The notes under the pieces: generated by a model
Told to the model about the DNA's origin: nothing
The model's input: only the letters and a program-made list of their open reading frames with translations
Databases searched by the model: none
Program-made: the position numbers and the translations under genes
Shown here: positions 1 to 8,801 of the stretch, one piece after another
How positions within the stretch are numbered: the first letter of the stretch is position 1
How the letters are laid out: the number at the start of each line of letters is the position of its first letter
Source: a virus
DNA length: 64,000 bases
Reading direction: 5' to 3' (one strand)
IMG/VR virus record: IMGVR_UViG_3300032286_000272
Span: 2,962-66,961 of that record

Positions 1-330
1 TGTAAGCCTTTGCCAAACAGAGTAAATGTTGTTTTATCAAAAACACATCATTGGCCCGATGCCGATCATGTATTCAGCGATCATGAAACTGCATTGGTAT
101 TTTGTCAAAACGAATACCCCGACTCTGAAATTTTTATCATAGGCGGAAGTGCCGTTTACACCGCCTATATGAATATGATTGATCGTTTTTATATTACAGA
201 AATAGACGAATCGTACGACAGTGATACATTCTTTAATTTACAGTACGTTCAAAAACACTTTACAAAAGTCAAAGAACGTGCTACATTTAACGAACCAGTA
301 AAATATACTATAAAAGAATATAATCAATGA
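1..330 (+). CDS. frd: Dihydrofolate reductase, 5'-truncated by window edge
   Basis: Frame is open from base 1 (CKPLPNRVNVVLS). DHFR motifs PLPNR.N.VLS, IFIIGG..VY and D.FF are present. Lies directly upstream of thymidylate synthase, as in T4 frd-td. Confidence 0.9.
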   Translation, partial: CKPLPNRVNVVLSKTHHWPDADHVFSDHETALVFCQNEYPDSEIFIIGGSAVYTAYMNMIDRFYITEIDESYDSDTFFNLQYVQKHFTKVKERATFNEPVKYTIKEYNQ

Positions 331-1211
331 CACATCCAGAAAAAGTTTACCTAGACGCACTAAAGAATATTTTAGAAAACGGTGAAGAACGGCCTGATCG
401 AACAGGTGTCGGTACTATTGGCCTATTTGGTATGCAAATGAGATTTGACTTAACAGAAGGATTTCCTGCCATCACAACTAAAAAACTAGCATGGAGAGCA
501 TGTGTAAGTGAGCTACTTTGGTTCATCGAAGGCAGCGGTGACGAATATCGTTTAAGAGAAATTCTTTACGGTGAACGGTATATTGATAAAAAAACTATTT
601 GGGCAGATAATGTCACTGCTCAATATTGGGTCGACAAACGTCTAAAGAAACATCCTGGAGATTTAGGTAGAATTTACGGAGTACAATGGCGCAAGTGGAG
701 AAGGCCGTTGATTCGTATCAATAAAGTTATTCTTCAAAATCACGATCAACTGATTGATCTCCTCAACGGCATTAAGGAAGATCCTTACAGCCGTAGACAT
801 ATTATTTCAGCATGGAATCCTGGAGAGCTAGATCAAATGGCATTGCCACCATGTCACATGATGGCACAATTCTATGTGAATAACGGCAAGCTGAGTTGTC
901 ACATGTATCAACGAAGTGCAGATATGTTCCTCGGAGTTCCGTTTAATATTGCATCATATGCACTGTTTACTCATATGATTGCACAGGTATGTAACTTAGA
1001 AGTAGGTGATTTAATTATTAGTTTTGGTGATGCTCATATCTATAAGAATCATGTTGAGCAGGTTAAAGAACAGCTTAAAAGAAAACCTCTACCGTTACCA
1101 ACACTAAAGTTGAATCCCGAAATAGAGGTTATTACTGATTTTGGTATGGAAGATATTGAACTAGTAGATTATCAATGCCACGATGCTATCAAAGCACCAA
1201 TGGCAGTTTAA
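327..1211 (+). CDS. thyA: Thymidylate synthase (ThyA type)
   Basis: Motifs DRTGVGT, ELLWF, LGRIYGVQWR, catalytic LPPCH, YQRSADMFLGVPFN and GDAHIYKNH. No intron visible. Confidence 0.97.
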   Translation: MTHPEKVYLDALKNILENGEERPDRTGVGTIGLFGMQMRFDLTEGFPAITTKKLAWRACVSELLWFIEGSGDEYRLREILYGERYIDKKTIWADNVTAQYWVDKRLKKHPGDLGRIYGVQWRKWRRPLIRINKVILQNHDQLIDLLNGIKEDPYSRRHIISAWNPGELDQMALPPCHMMAQFYVNNGKLSCHMYQRSADMFLGVPFNIASYALFTHMIAQVCNLEVGDLIISFGDAHIYKNHVEQVKEQLKRKPLPLPTLKLNPEIEVITDFGMEDIELVDYQCHDAIKAPMAV

Positions 1212-2461
1212 ACTTTAACTTCGATTACTCCAAAGCCTTCGGATTTATCTTCGAGGGCTTTTCCTATTACGGCGCCGCCAAATACAGATTGTCCGACACA
1301 TGCATGTCCTGGATGAGCACTTGTTACTAGTAGATCTCCCTTTTTAATAGGGCCAATAACTTTGCAAGGAACACGGCCTTTTAAGGCAATATAGGGGTGA
1401 GTTTCGTCGGTTCCTGCCGCAGAATTCATCATATAGGCCGGGTTTTTACTCACTATGCCCGCTACCCTTGTATCAGCATAAATTGCGGTTGTTGTAACTT
1501 CTTTTTCGCCGCCAATAACTAAAACGGTTCCAGGTTCGTATACTGCATCTGCTTCGTAACGTTCTGCTAAGTCAGCATAGAAAGCCGCAGTGGCCGTGGC
1601 ATTCAAAACATCAGTAGACGGATTGTAAAATACATTTCCACTAATTGACAAACTTTGACTATTAGTAGATGTACCAACAAATGTTAAGAAATAATTAGTA
1701 GTTGTTGACCCAACATTTGTCACGGTAATATTTGTTGCTGTAGTTGCATAAGAAGCAGTGGTTGCTCTACTGGCAAAATCAGAGTTATAAGAATAAAAAC
1801 TATGAGCTGCGGTGCCCCATAACATATAACCCGCATTGGTATTAGTAGCACTAACACCAGTTGTATCGTTTGCTCCGGGTAGTGTAATACCAGCCTTAAC
1901 GGTTGTGAATCCGTCATTATAAAGGCTTAGTGCGTTGGTAACTGTAAAGTCTCGATAAGATACTACTGAAACAATCTTATTATCCAATGTTGCTTTTAGA
2001 ATAGGCAGGTCAGAGTAAAAATCAGTAGCAACTGTATCTGGACTCCAAAACGCTTTTTGTGTAGCAGCAGAAATTGGACCAATTACAGGAAAAGTTGTGC
2101 CGTCGTATAATTTTAACTGAGCCGTAGATGTATCCCACCACATGTCTCCTACATTTAAAGAAGATACAAGAGGTGCTTGAGTTTGTACAAATAAGTTTGC
2201 TAGACCTTTAAAATCTTGTCCGTTGTAAGAAAATCTCAGCGTGCCTGTGCCGCTATCAAACCAAATTTGTCCCTTTAGAGGCTTTGAAGGTGCATTAGAA
2301 TTACTAAAGTTTTCTAATAGCTTTAAAAAGTTTTCGTTTTGTACTTGACCATATCCAGAATAATTTCTACCAACGAACTGCAAGTCCGTAGTTGAATCTA
2401 AGCCAGCATCTTCGACGGTTGTTAATACCGTTCCGTTTGTTTTATACAGTATATAAGGCAT
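1208..2461 (-). CDS. Tail fibre/appendage protein with C-terminal autocleaving intramolecular chaperone (peptidase G2-like) domain
   Basis: N-terminal VGRNYSGYG..NENFLKLLENF..GQIWFD domain shared with the two neighbouring genes. C-terminal ADLAERY..GTVLVIGG..IALKGRVPCKV..IKKGDLLVTS resembles the phi29 gp12-type chaperone. Confidence 0.7.
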   Translation of the reverse strand: MPYILYKTNGTVLTTVEDAGLDSTTDLQFVGRNYSGYGQVQNENFLKLLENFSNSNAPSKPLKGQIWFDSGTGTLRFSYNGQDFKGLANLFVQTQAPLVSSLNVGDMWWDTSTAQLKLYDGTTFPVIGPISAATQKAFWSPDTVATDFYSDLPILKATLDNKIVSVVSYRDFTVTNALSLYNDGFTTVKAGITLPGANDTTGVSATNTNAGYMLWGTAAHSFYSYNSDFASRATTASYATTATNITVTNVGSTTTNYFLTFVGTSTNSQSLSISGNVFYNPSTDVLNATATAAFYADLAERYEADAVYEPGTVLVIGGEKEVTTTAIYADTRVAGIVSKNPAYMMNSAAGTDETHPYIALKGRVPCKVIGPIKKGDLLVTSAHPGHACVGQSVFGGAVIGKALEDKSEGFGVIEVKV

Positions 2462-2471
2462 ATTTTTTCCG

Positions 2472-3437
2472 TTAATTAATAATATTCTTTAGTGCAAATT
2501 CTGGTAAATTCCACGCTTGCCAGTTGCTGCTTTCTACAGTCCCTACTGTTCTAAACAATCTTACCTGAGATGAGGTGCCGTTTGTTTTCCAAACTGCTAC
2601 CCTAGCCAAAGAGCCCAATGGCATTCCTGGATGGCGATATGTTCCTGTAGTTTTGGGTGTAGCCGGAAACATCTTATCTAAGAAATTAGAAATTAAACTA
2701 TTTTGGTTGTCAATCTGTGCAGGATCTGTTACATCGCTATTGCCGAGTGGAACAATTTCATCTATATTAAATCCCGCAGTCATAGCGTGGTTTGACATCT
2801 GTCCATACACTCGTAGATCGTTTGGAATTGTTAATCCGGTTACAACGTCTGGATTAGGATAGGCTGTAGGGAGATAAGTTGCGGCTGTACTAGTAGTAGT
2901 CTCAAACGCAGGACCTCCGTTAATAATTGCTACAGATTCGTCGTATGATCTTAAAATTAAAACATCTTGAGCAGAATTTGTATCTACGTCATTTACCGTT
3001 ACGCTTTCAGTAGGAATTAGTAGACCATTTTCTCCAGCTGTAGCAGGATATGAAGGTCCTATAATTACAGATACTAGACCGTCATACAATTTTAATTGAT
3101 TATTAGTAACATCATACCAAAGATCACCTGGTATGAGTGTTGCAGGAACTTGTCTCGAAAACGGTACACCGTTGACTGCTCTAAAACCGCCATCATAAAT
3201 TTTTAATCGCTTTATAGCGGTATCGTACCAAAGTTGCCCAGTAAGAGGACTCCTTGGAGGACGAGATGTGCTGCTTGCAGAGTTAGAAAGTAACTTAACA
3301 AAATTATTGTTAAAAAATTCTCCATACCCACTATAATTTTTTCCTACCAAGGCTAAACTGGTAGCAGACTGATCTACAACATTGTCTGCAAGAGTTATTA
3401 ATGTTGTTCCGTCGGATTTAAGAATCTTGTATGCCAT
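2472..3437 (-). CDS. Tail/baseplate-associated fibre protein (paralog of neighbours)
   Basis: Shared N-terminal LVGKNYSGYGE..NNNFVKLL..GQLWYD..GDLWYD domain. Confidence 0.65.
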   Translation of the reverse strand: MAYKILKSDGTTLITLADNVVDQSATSLALVGKNYSGYGEFFNNNFVKLLSNSASSTSRPPRSPLTGQLWYDTAIKRLKIYDGGFRAVNGVPFSRQVPATLIPGDLWYDVTNNQLKLYDGLVSVIIGPSYPATAGENGLLIPTESVTVNDVDTNSAQDVLILRSYDESVAIINGGPAFETTTSTAATYLPTAYPNPDVVTGLTIPNDLRVYGQMSNHAMTAGFNIDEIVPLGNSDVTDPAQIDNQNSLISNFLDKMFPATPKTTGTYRHPGMPLGSLARVAVWKTNGTSSQVRLFRTVGTVESSNWQAWNLPEFALKNIIN

Positions 3438-3438
3438 A

Positions 3439-5472
3439 TTATGTCTTTATAATGTAATAAATTGGATAACCGCCCGTAGCAGAGGCGGTATAATCTGGGA
3501 CCTTAAACGTGCCAGGGGGTGCTGATCCGTAGTCATCTCCTATTACAGCATACAAATTAGCATAAGTTGTTGTTGAATAGCTGGTGCCATTGCATAGTAA
3601 CCAACCTGGCGGAATAGTTGTAGATGAGCCAAATGCTGTTATCATTCCGGGCATAAGCATATTGGCAATCAGATTAGGAAATGTAATTTTTCCTAATGTG
3701 TCAGTGGCTGTGTTTAACGTTAAAAAAGTTAAATTGTTTGTCACTGTAAATTCAGTTTGACTACTAATTGCAGAATTGGTCAATGTAGCATTGAATGTTG
3801 CCGGTGCAGCATAGATAGTGCCCGATGCGGAAATTGTTGTAACTGTAGAACCTGGATTATAGTAGGTAATTGATGTAGCTGTTGTAGAAATAATTAAAGT
3901 ATCGAGAACATCAAAAGTTGAATTTGAACATTCTACGGTGATGGCTGTACCTGTATCTAAATTGTGAGCCAACGTTGTTTTAATTGTTGCTAATCCAGTT
4001 GATCCATTTCTTGTAATTTGAGAAATAGAAGAACTTGTTGGTTCACCGTTGAAAACAAAACTATTAGATTCTATTTGACCTTGCAATTTAAATGTAGTAC
4101 CGTATTCTAACGACGTCGCGGTACCTTTGACTTTCCCGTATACAATAGTGCCAGTTGTAGATGTTCCTACGTAGCTAACAAACAATTGATTGAAATAGTT
4201 AGTCTGACTTCCAATATCATAAATTCCACTTGTATAAGGAACTAGTGCAGGACCAGGAATTGGATTGTTAAATGTGTTTTGATTCTTAATGGTTAACTGT
4301 CCATTGACCGTCAAATCATTTAATGTAGTCACTCCGTCTACCATTAGTTCATTGGCAATGGTTGCAGTAGTTCCTACATTTAAATTTCCAGATATATTAG
4401 TATTACTGGATAAAGTAGCAGTATTGTTTACTATCAATGGTGTATTGATTGTAAAACTAGAATAATCAACTTCTGCTGCGCGGACAAGAGTCGAATTAAC
4501 ATCAGTAACTTTTAAGACAATCTTTCCGTTTGGGTGATTATTTAAAAGAACTGCATTACTGGCTCCTTTGTAAAACTGTACATATTTTGAGTCAGTGTTA
4601 CTAGACTGATTATTGATTACAATACCATATTCACCTTGACCAAATTCTTCGTTATTGATAGAATCAGTTGGTGTCTTGAAGAAAACTTTTCCGGTGACAA
4701 TTTGTCCACCAAATTCTCTAGTTGTATTATCGTCTATTCTTAAAAATTTACTGGCATTATATACAACCGATCCTACTTGCAAATTTCGAGCTGTTACGGC
4801 GGTGCCGTTTAAAATAGGAACAGCATTTGATCCGCTAGCTGTTTTTCTTAAATTAATACCGGGAACAAGTTCCGGAAATCCTGACATAACAGATTTTGGA
4901 ATAAATGCTTTATTAGTGATAACAGCAACAATGTCACCTTCTGACCATAATTTAATAACAGGATGTCCTTGGGCTATTCCGGGTATATCAGCACTACCGT
5001 ATAATGTTTCTACTGCAAGTCCGGTAGTACTGCCTTGTGTAATCATAGGACCTACTAGAGTCCAACCATTATTATTAAAAATCTTTAATTGATAATTTGA
5101 AGTGTCAACCCATATATCACCTGCACGTAGTCTGGCAGGAGCTTCTGCACTGGTCCTAGGGTCGTCGCTTTGTTGATAAATGCCGCTAGAATTTGACCAA
5201 TTTATTCCATCTCTAACACGGAGAACTTTATGATTAGGATCAGTTGTATCATACCATAATTGACCCTCAATAGGATTATTAGGGCCTGGATACGGTCCAG
5301 TAAAATTTTCTAATAGGTGTAGAAAGTTTTCAGCAGTCTTCTCGCCGTAGTTTGGATATCCTTTTCCAACAAGAGTAAGGCTAGTATCAACTGCATTTAC
5401 TCCAGGAGGCATGTCCGGTACGGTTAGCGTATTTGGATTAGATGGATCAGAAAAATTAAGTGTATAAGGCAT
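3439..5472 (-). CDS. Short tail fibre-like protein with C-terminal tail collar domain
   Basis: Same N-terminal domain (LVGKGYPNYGE..ENFLHLLENF..GQLWYD). C-terminal PGMITAFG..PPGWLLCNG..YANLYAVIG..YG..F.VPD is the phage tail collar motif. Confidence 0.75.
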   Translation of the reverse strand: MPYTLNFSDPSNPNTLTVPDMPPGVNAVDTSLTLVGKGYPNYGEKTAENFLHLLENFTGPYPGPNNPIEGQLWYDTTDPNHKVLRVRDGINWSNSSGIYQQSDDPRTSAEAPARLRAGDIWVDTSNYQLKIFNNNGWTLVGPMITQGSTTGLAVETLYGSADIPGIAQGHPVIKLWSEGDIVAVITNKAFIPKSVMSGFPELVPGINLRKTASGSNAVPILNGTAVTARNLQVGSVVYNASKFLRIDDNTTREFGGQIVTGKVFFKTPTDSINNEEFGQGEYGIVINNQSSNTDSKYVQFYKGASNAVLLNNHPNGKIVLKVTDVNSTLVRAAEVDYSSFTINTPLIVNNTATLSSNTNISGNLNVGTTATIANELMVDGVTTLNDLTVNGQLTIKNQNTFNNPIPGPALVPYTSGIYDIGSQTNYFNQLFVSYVGTSTTGTIVYGKVKGTATSLEYGTTFKLQGQIESNSFVFNGEPTSSSISQITRNGSTGLATIKTTLAHNLDTGTAITVECSNSTFDVLDTLIISTTATSITYYNPGSTVTTISASGTIYAAPATFNATLTNSAISSQTEFTVTNNLTFLTLNTATDTLGKITFPNLIANMLMPGMITAFGSSTTIPPGWLLCNGTSYSTTTYANLYAVIGDDYGSAPPGTFKVPDYTASATGGYPIYYIIKT

Positions 5473-5474
5473 TT

Positions 5475-6146
5475 TTAAATTCCAGCGGTGAGACTTTGTA
5501 CCCTTACAGTATAATCAATTTGAATCATTCTGTTTAAGCTCTTTTGAACAGGATGGAAAATAACGTGAGTTAAGAGATCGCCTTGTCCAGGGCCTGCTGC
5601 ACTATACGCACGTAGACCAATTTCGTCAAATACATACAGACCTTCGCTGTTTGTTGCATTATCAAATGCGGCTTGACCGCTTGGTTCTCCAAAGTCTAAC
5701 AAACAACTAACAGAAACGTCTGCATAAGCAGTACCAGCAACGTGCCTAACTTCCATATAATTTCTAGCAGGATCAACGTTATTATCAATGTCCCTAGGAT
5801 TTACGTTTTTATAATAAGTTTGATTGTATAAGGCTGCTTCAGAACCAACTACATTAGGGGTAAGATATGTAATAATACCAGTTTGATCTACTCGTGTGCC
5901 GCCGTTGCCAAATGCCATTTCTGCAATAAATCCGTAGCCTTGATTGCTGATACTTCTTGCAAGGGCAATGGCAAAATTTTCATAATGAATAGCATTACGT
6001 TTATCTACAAATACTTCTTTACTTTGAGGATCGTAAATTTTAAGGTGGCCAATTACGCCAACACCGCTTTGTTCGTTGGGTTTATAATTAGTTTGTTGAG
6101 TTTCTTGGGGAGATTTCTGCATGTTTGTTGGCTCTTTATTATCCAT
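5475..6146 (-). CDS. Conserved baseplate/tail-associated structural protein (start revised to ATG at 6146)
   Basis: The track start at 6281 overlaps the protease gene. The ATG at 6146 (MDNKEPTN) sits 5 nt downstream of a late-promoter ATAAATA. Motifs G.LKIYD..VDKRNAIH, MAFGNGG and HVIFHPVQKSLNR. Confidence 0.6.
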   Translation of the reverse strand: MDNKEPTNMQKSPQETQQTNYKPNEQSGVGVIGHLKIYDPQSKEVFVDKRNAIHYENFAIALARSISNQGYGFIAEMAFGNGGTRVDQTGIITYLTPNVVGSEAALYNQTYYKNVNPRDIDNNVDPARNYMEVRHVAGTAYADVSVSCLLDFGEPSGQAAFDNATNSEGLYVFDEIGLRAYSAAGPGQGDLLTHVIFHPVQKSLNRMIQIDYTVRVQSLTAGI

Positions 6147-6151
6147 ATCGA

Positions 6152-6158
6152 TATTTAT
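6152..6158 (-). promoter_or_regulatory. T4-like late promoter (ATAAATA)
   Basis: Intergenic TATTTAT on + strand, 5 nt upstream of ATG 6146. A gp55-like sigma is encoded in the window. Confidence 0.65.
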
Positions 6159-6177
6159 CCATCTATTTTCTGTGCTG

Positions 6178-7830
6178 TTAACTTCCGTAACGGATTCTAG
6201 TCCTAGGAAAAACTGATCCGGAACTAGGTCTTGTTTTTCTAATTGCAGTTGGGAATACATTTCCAGAACTTTGACGATCAATGTAATAAAACAGGTATCT
6301 ATTGTTCGAAGAATCTCCTAATGATTGGTAGAGACTTTGATTGACAGATCCCGTTGTTCCTAATTGATTAGTAGTAGCGTGGGCTATGATATAGGCCAAT
6401 GCTTCAGCTTGTGTTAAGTTTTGATAGGTTTCTGCCAAAGAAGCAATATAACCACAGACTTGTGGACTCGCCATACTTGTTCCGCTAATAGATCCAATTT
6501 TATAAACAGAATTTCTAGGATCATTTGCCAATGTTATTCCAAATTCAGATGCTGCTGTGGTGTCGTAAACTGCACTAACAATATTTTCTCCGGGCGCATA
6601 TATATCAATCCTACTGCCAAAATTACTAAAATTAGTCTTGTATTCTTGTGTTTGTACACCGGCTGCACCTACACAGATAACGCCCGGAGCATTTCCCGGA
6701 CTCATTCCTCTAGAGTGCGATATAGTTTGCCCAGAAGAAATAACATAATTATTGTAATCAGTAGAAGTAGGTGTTCCTATAGGCCAGTAACTGTTTCCAG
6801 CTGCTGCTACTACTATAACTCCATCTGCAATAGCATCTTGTACGTCAGCATTTAATGCCGGGTAAGTGTACGGTGTTGCATATAGATACGTATTACCTGG
6901 TACAGGTACTCCATTATTTTCTAAAATTGTTTTCTTTTGAGGATCAGTGCCTGATACCGCAGTGATGACACCTCTATAATTTACAGAACTTATTCCTGTA
7001 AGATTAATAGGATTATAACTGTATCCCCAACTATGATTAGTTACAGTTGGGTTTCTTCGACCAGTTGTAGGATTAATTGGTTTGTTTTTATGAAATGCTC
7101 TCAAATAGTCAAATATACGCAACTCCCAACTAGACGGACTGTTAGCTCCAGCATAAGAAAATTCCATATGATATATGTTTGCATCTCTTGCCCAACCTTG
7201 TGTATTACCGGCTACTGTCCCGGCTACATGTGTTCCGTGATTGCTAGAAATATTAGTATAACTATATGCACCCGATGTACTGATTCCTACAATTCCACTG
7301 AGTGTAAACCAATCAAATTGATTTACCCTTGAGCCGCCGGTGCCGTCGGAGTTAACTGCAAATTCAGGATGGTTAGGATTTATGTGTGCATCAACAACTA
7401 CCACGTCGACATTCTTTCCGCTAAAAGGCGCAGTAATTGTAGAAGCTGTCTGAGTAAATGATCCGTTTGTTCCCCAATTTGTTAAATTACTACCGGCTGT
7501 TACTCGAAGTAACCCCCAGTTTTTATCATTGGTATCAATAGTAAGAGATTTTTCAAAGTTTCCAGTTTGAGTCCAAAGTCTAACCACTTCAACTCCTAAC
7601 TCTCTAGGCAATCTTTCTACTGCAATTACTCGAGGATCTTGTCTTAATTGCTCTGCTTCTTCATCAGTAAGATAATAATGCGTATTTCTACTTAGAGGTC
7701 GCAAGTCAGCTACTTCAACTGCTCGGTTAGGAATATAAAGATTACCATTCGGACTTTCTATATCAGAACATAGATCGTCTAGTATTTCGTAATTTAAAGC
7801 AGTAACAACATATTCTTTTAAATCACTCAT
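6178..7830 (-). CDS. Subtilisin-like (S8) serine protease
   Basis: Triad motifs VDVVVVD, HGTHVAGTVAG and GTSMASPQV, oxyanion AAAGNS, and a prodomain-like N-terminus (LTDEEAEQLRQDPRVIAVE). Confidence 0.9.
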   Translation of the reverse strand: MSDLKEYVVTALNYEILDDLCSDIESPNGNLYIPNRAVEVADLRPLSRNTHYYLTDEEAEQLRQDPRVIAVERLPRELGVEVVRLWTQTGNFEKSLTIDTNDKNWGLLRVTAGSNLTNWGTNGSFTQTASTITAPFSGKNVDVVVVDAHINPNHPEFAVNSDGTGGSRVNQFDWFTLSGIVGISTSGAYSYTNISSNHGTHVAGTVAGNTQGWARDANIYHMEFSYAGANSPSSWELRIFDYLRAFHKNKPINPTTGRRNPTVTNHSWGYSYNPINLTGISSVNYRGVITAVSGTDPQKKTILENNGVPVPGNTYLYATPYTYPALNADVQDAIADGVIVVAAAGNSYWPIGTPTSTDYNNYVISSGQTISHSRGMSPGNAPGVICVGAAGVQTQEYKTNFSNFGSRIDIYAPGENIVSAVYDTTAASEFGITLANDPRNSVYKIGSISGTSMASPQVCGYIASLAETYQNLTQAEALAYIIAHATTNQLGTTGSVNQSLYQSLGDSSNNRYLFYYIDRQSSGNVFPTAIRKTRPSSGSVFPRTRIRYGS

Positions 7831-7831
7831 A

Positions 7832-8800
7832 TTAGCTCTCTAGTTGTAGTAGTGTCAATGTTACAGTAACCGCGGTGCTTGCTCCACTATTATTCACTAC
7901 TTTTAGGTAGGTCTTGGTCGAAACAGGACTATCGTTATTAAATCCAATTGTTGCAGGTGTAATTAATTGAGTTAAACTGCCAGCAGTAGTAATAACTTCG
8001 GCGAGCACGCCCGATCCAGGAATTGGATCAACGCCAATTGTTCGAGTTGTATCAGCTGTTTGGCTAGCTGTATCTGAGTAGATTACAATCCAAGCAGATG
8101 TATTAGTTTCAACTTTTTGCAGTACATAAGATTTATAACCAACTACGTGAGTCGATGCTGTAGTGCCTGCTGCAAGGACTGCGGTACTAGTCGATGCTGT
8201 TGCCCTCGAAGTTAGCCCTACGCCAATACTGCCGGTATAACCTAAACTACCAAAGTATCCCAAACTACCAAAGTATCCTAAACTACCGGTATATCCCAAA
8301 CTACCGGTATATCCTAGACTTCCGGTGTATCCACGGCTACCAGTATATCCCAAACTACCGGTATATCCTAGACTTCCGGTGTATCCACGGCTACCAGTAT
8401 AGCCTATACTGCCCAAAAATCCTTGACTACCAGTATATCCACGACTGCCCGAAAATCCAACATCGCCTCTACTACCGTGATATCCTTCACTACCAAAAAA
8501 TCCAGGTAATCCAGAGCTTCCTGAAAAGCCTCGACTACCAATAAAACCTGTCCCCCCAGATCCTACATATCCTACACTACCAAAGAATCCTGTGCTGCCT
8601 GTAAACCCACGACTACCTATAAATCCTCGACTGCCGTTATACCCTACAACAGCACTTCCTGTATATCCTTTATCTCCTCTAAAAGACCCAGAAGTAAAGG
8701 TTCCCCAGGTAAGTCTACGAGTTTCTCCCTGGTCAAAGATAACAAAGGAAGCGTCGTTTGTTAATGTTGATACAACTGGTAATTGAGTGATTTTTGTCAT
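7832..8800 (-). CDS. Collagen-like (Gly-X-Y) fibre protein
   Basis: About 150-aa stretch with Gly at nearly every third residue (GYT GSL GYT GSR), flanked by non-repetitive ends. Confidence 0.75.
   Translation of the reverse strand: MTKITQLPVVSTLTNDASFVIFDQGETRRLTWGTFTSGSFRGDKGYTGSAVVGYNGSRGFIGSRGFTGSTGFFGSVGYVGSGGTGFIGSRGFSGSSGLPGFFGSEGYHGSRGDVGFSGSRGYTGSQGFLGSIGYTGSRGYTGSLGYTGSLGYTGSRGYTGSLGYTGSLGYTGSLGYFGSLGYFGSLGYTGSIGVGLTSRATASTSTAVLAAGTTASTHVVGYKSYVLQKVETNTSAWIVIYSDTASQTADTTRTIGVDPIPGSGVLAEVITTAGSLTQLITPATIGFNNDSPVSTKTYLKVVNNSGASTAVTVTLTLLQLES
8225..8665 (-). repeat. 18-bp-period coding tandem repeat (GYTGSx) with a 54-bp exact duplication
   Basis: cctagacttccggtgtatccacggctaccagtata occurs twice, 54 bp apart (about 8313 and 8367). 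Confidence 0.85.
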
Positions 8801-8801
8801 T

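Noticed and set aside
6147-6281. N-terminal extension of ORF 5475..6281 given in the track
   Set aside because: It overlaps the protease gene by about 100 nt. The ATG at 6146 follows a late promoter and is the better start.
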